Shown here piece after piece: positions 16,331 through 17,240 of a DNA stretch of 17,240 nt. Numbering within the stretch: position 1 is the first letter of the stretch; the number at the start of each line of letters is the position of its first letter. The stretch spans positions 1 to 17,240 of IMG/VR virus record IMGVR_UViG_2671180674_000015, one strand, 5' to 3'. A program made the translations under genes and the position numbers. This stretch comes from a virus. Taxonomy: Duplodnaviria; Heunggongvirae; Uroviricota; Caudoviricetes. Under the pieces are notes generated by a model. The model was given only the letters and a program-made list of their open reading frames with translations. It searched no databases and had not been told where the DNA came from.

Positions 16331-16572
16331 TACTTACTGCACAATAATACACAAAATTGCGTAAATTTTTTGCATGGATTTTAGCTCTTTCAGCCGACGT
16401 TTAAGGGGTAAATAGCATTTCCTAAAAGCAACTGCACCAACCCAACAGAATGAGCTACCGCTTACGTTGAGAGCAAAAAAGTGTATAGCAGCAATGAACA
16501 GCATCCTCGCACTGACGGGGATTTCTTTTATCTGAGCTCGTTACGGCGAGTTTTGTTTTATGGAGACAAGAA

Positions 16573-16917
16573 ATGTCAGATTTGGCTATGAAGGTTTTGA
16601 AATGGCAATCAACTGGCGATGTCGGCATCAGTAGCGCAACTCTTGCCTCAATCGCATGTGGCCTGAAAAAGAATATCTATGGTCATCACTTCGGCGCTCC
16701 CCATGACGCAGCAGACTTTCGGCGATGCGTTGCACTTGTTGAGCAGATTCCAGAAATCAGAGATTCATTCGACAAGGTTGCAAAGCGCGTTCCGGCATTC
16801 AAAGGAATCCTCAACGAATGGGATTCACTCGTTGCTCTGTTGAAGTCTGAAATGAAGACGTACGGGAACAAAGCACCAGAGACTTACAGAAGAATCAGCG
16901 AGCTACGCAAGGACTAA
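16573..16917 (+). CDS. Hypothetical protein (114 aa)
   Basis: ATG with RBS GGAGA at 6-nt spacing; no recognised motif. Confidence 0.5.
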   Translation: MSDLAMKVLKWQSTGDVGISSATLASIACGLKKNIYGHHFGAPHDAADFRRCVALVEQIPEIRDSFDKVAKRVPAFKGILNEWDSLVALLKSEMKTYGNKAPETYRRISELRKD

Positions 16918-17039
16918 CCCGCCTCACACTCGATGAGGCCTGTTCATTTCTCAAGATATCCAGACCTACCATTGCTGCATCAATGCGGCTTTTTATTGCC
17001 TGATTTGCAGGTTCGATTCCATATTCGGAGATAGCACTC

Positions 17040-17240
17040 ATGCAACACGAACTACAACCTGATTCACTGGTTGATTTGAAATTCATCATGGCTGATACTG
17101 GCTTCGGTAAGACCTTCATCTATGACCGGATTAAGTCCGGCGACCTGCCTAAAGCCAAAGTTATCCACGGACGAGCAAGATGGTTATATCGTGACCATTG
17201 TGAATTCAAAAATAAGCTCTTAAGCCGCGCCAATGGGTAA
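17040..17240 (+). CDS. AlpA-family excisionase / transcriptional regulator-like protein
   Basis: 66 aa, RBS GGAGA. Reads like a small winged-helix AlpA/Xis-type protein (TGFGKTFIYDRIKSGDLPKAKVIHGRARW). Positioned where xis lies in lambda. Confidence 0.55.
   Translation: MQHELQPDSLVDLKFIMADTGFGKTFIYDRIKSGDLPKAKVIHGRARWLYRDHCEFKNKLLSRANG

Larger units (their letters stand above)
1..17240. mobile_element. Lambdoid prophage segment (mosaic; lambda-like early genes, DLP12/phage 21-like late and lysis region); probably defective
   Basis: Contiguous synteny of phage modules: lysis, Q, O/P, immunity, N, recombination (gam, bet, exo) and an excisionase-like gene. No terminase or head genes lie between the lysis genes and the tail-fibre fragment. 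Confidence 0.9.

Noticed and set aside
16149-16352. 67-aa minus-strand ORF overlapping the 5' end of the membrane-protein gene
   Set aside because: Alternate frame of the membrane-protein ORF; no independent support.

Overview
This window is a segment of a mosaic, probably defective, lambdoid prophage, with the early-right and late genes on the minus strand and the early-left (PL) operon on the plus strand. Left to right: a tail-fibre C-terminal fragment running off the window start, ybcW/ybcV-like genes, bor, a lysis cassette (Rz/Rz1, SAR endolysin, pinholin with dual start), an OmpC-family porin moron lying antisense between the lysis genes and Q, a Q antiterminator, ylcG, a P::RusA fusion ORF, O with the ori iterons, OOP RNA, cII, a Cro-like gene, divergent operators, and a chimeric cI. 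Downstream of cI, in the slot lambda uses for rexAB, sits an unrecognised two-gene cassette (8795-10101) ending in a strong terminator; this is the best candidate for an undescribed prophage-encoded phage-exclusion system. Further right are PL/OL, nutL, N, sieB, ral, ea10, cIII, kil, gam, bet, exo, small lambda-like ORFs, a TraR/DksA-like zinc-finger gene, an unknown membrane-protein moron on the opposite strand, a hypothetical gene and an AlpA-type excisionase-like gene. All identifications rest on reading the translations and my recall of lambda and DLP12 proteins; no database search was run. No tRNA, rRNA, CRISPR array or IS element was seen.
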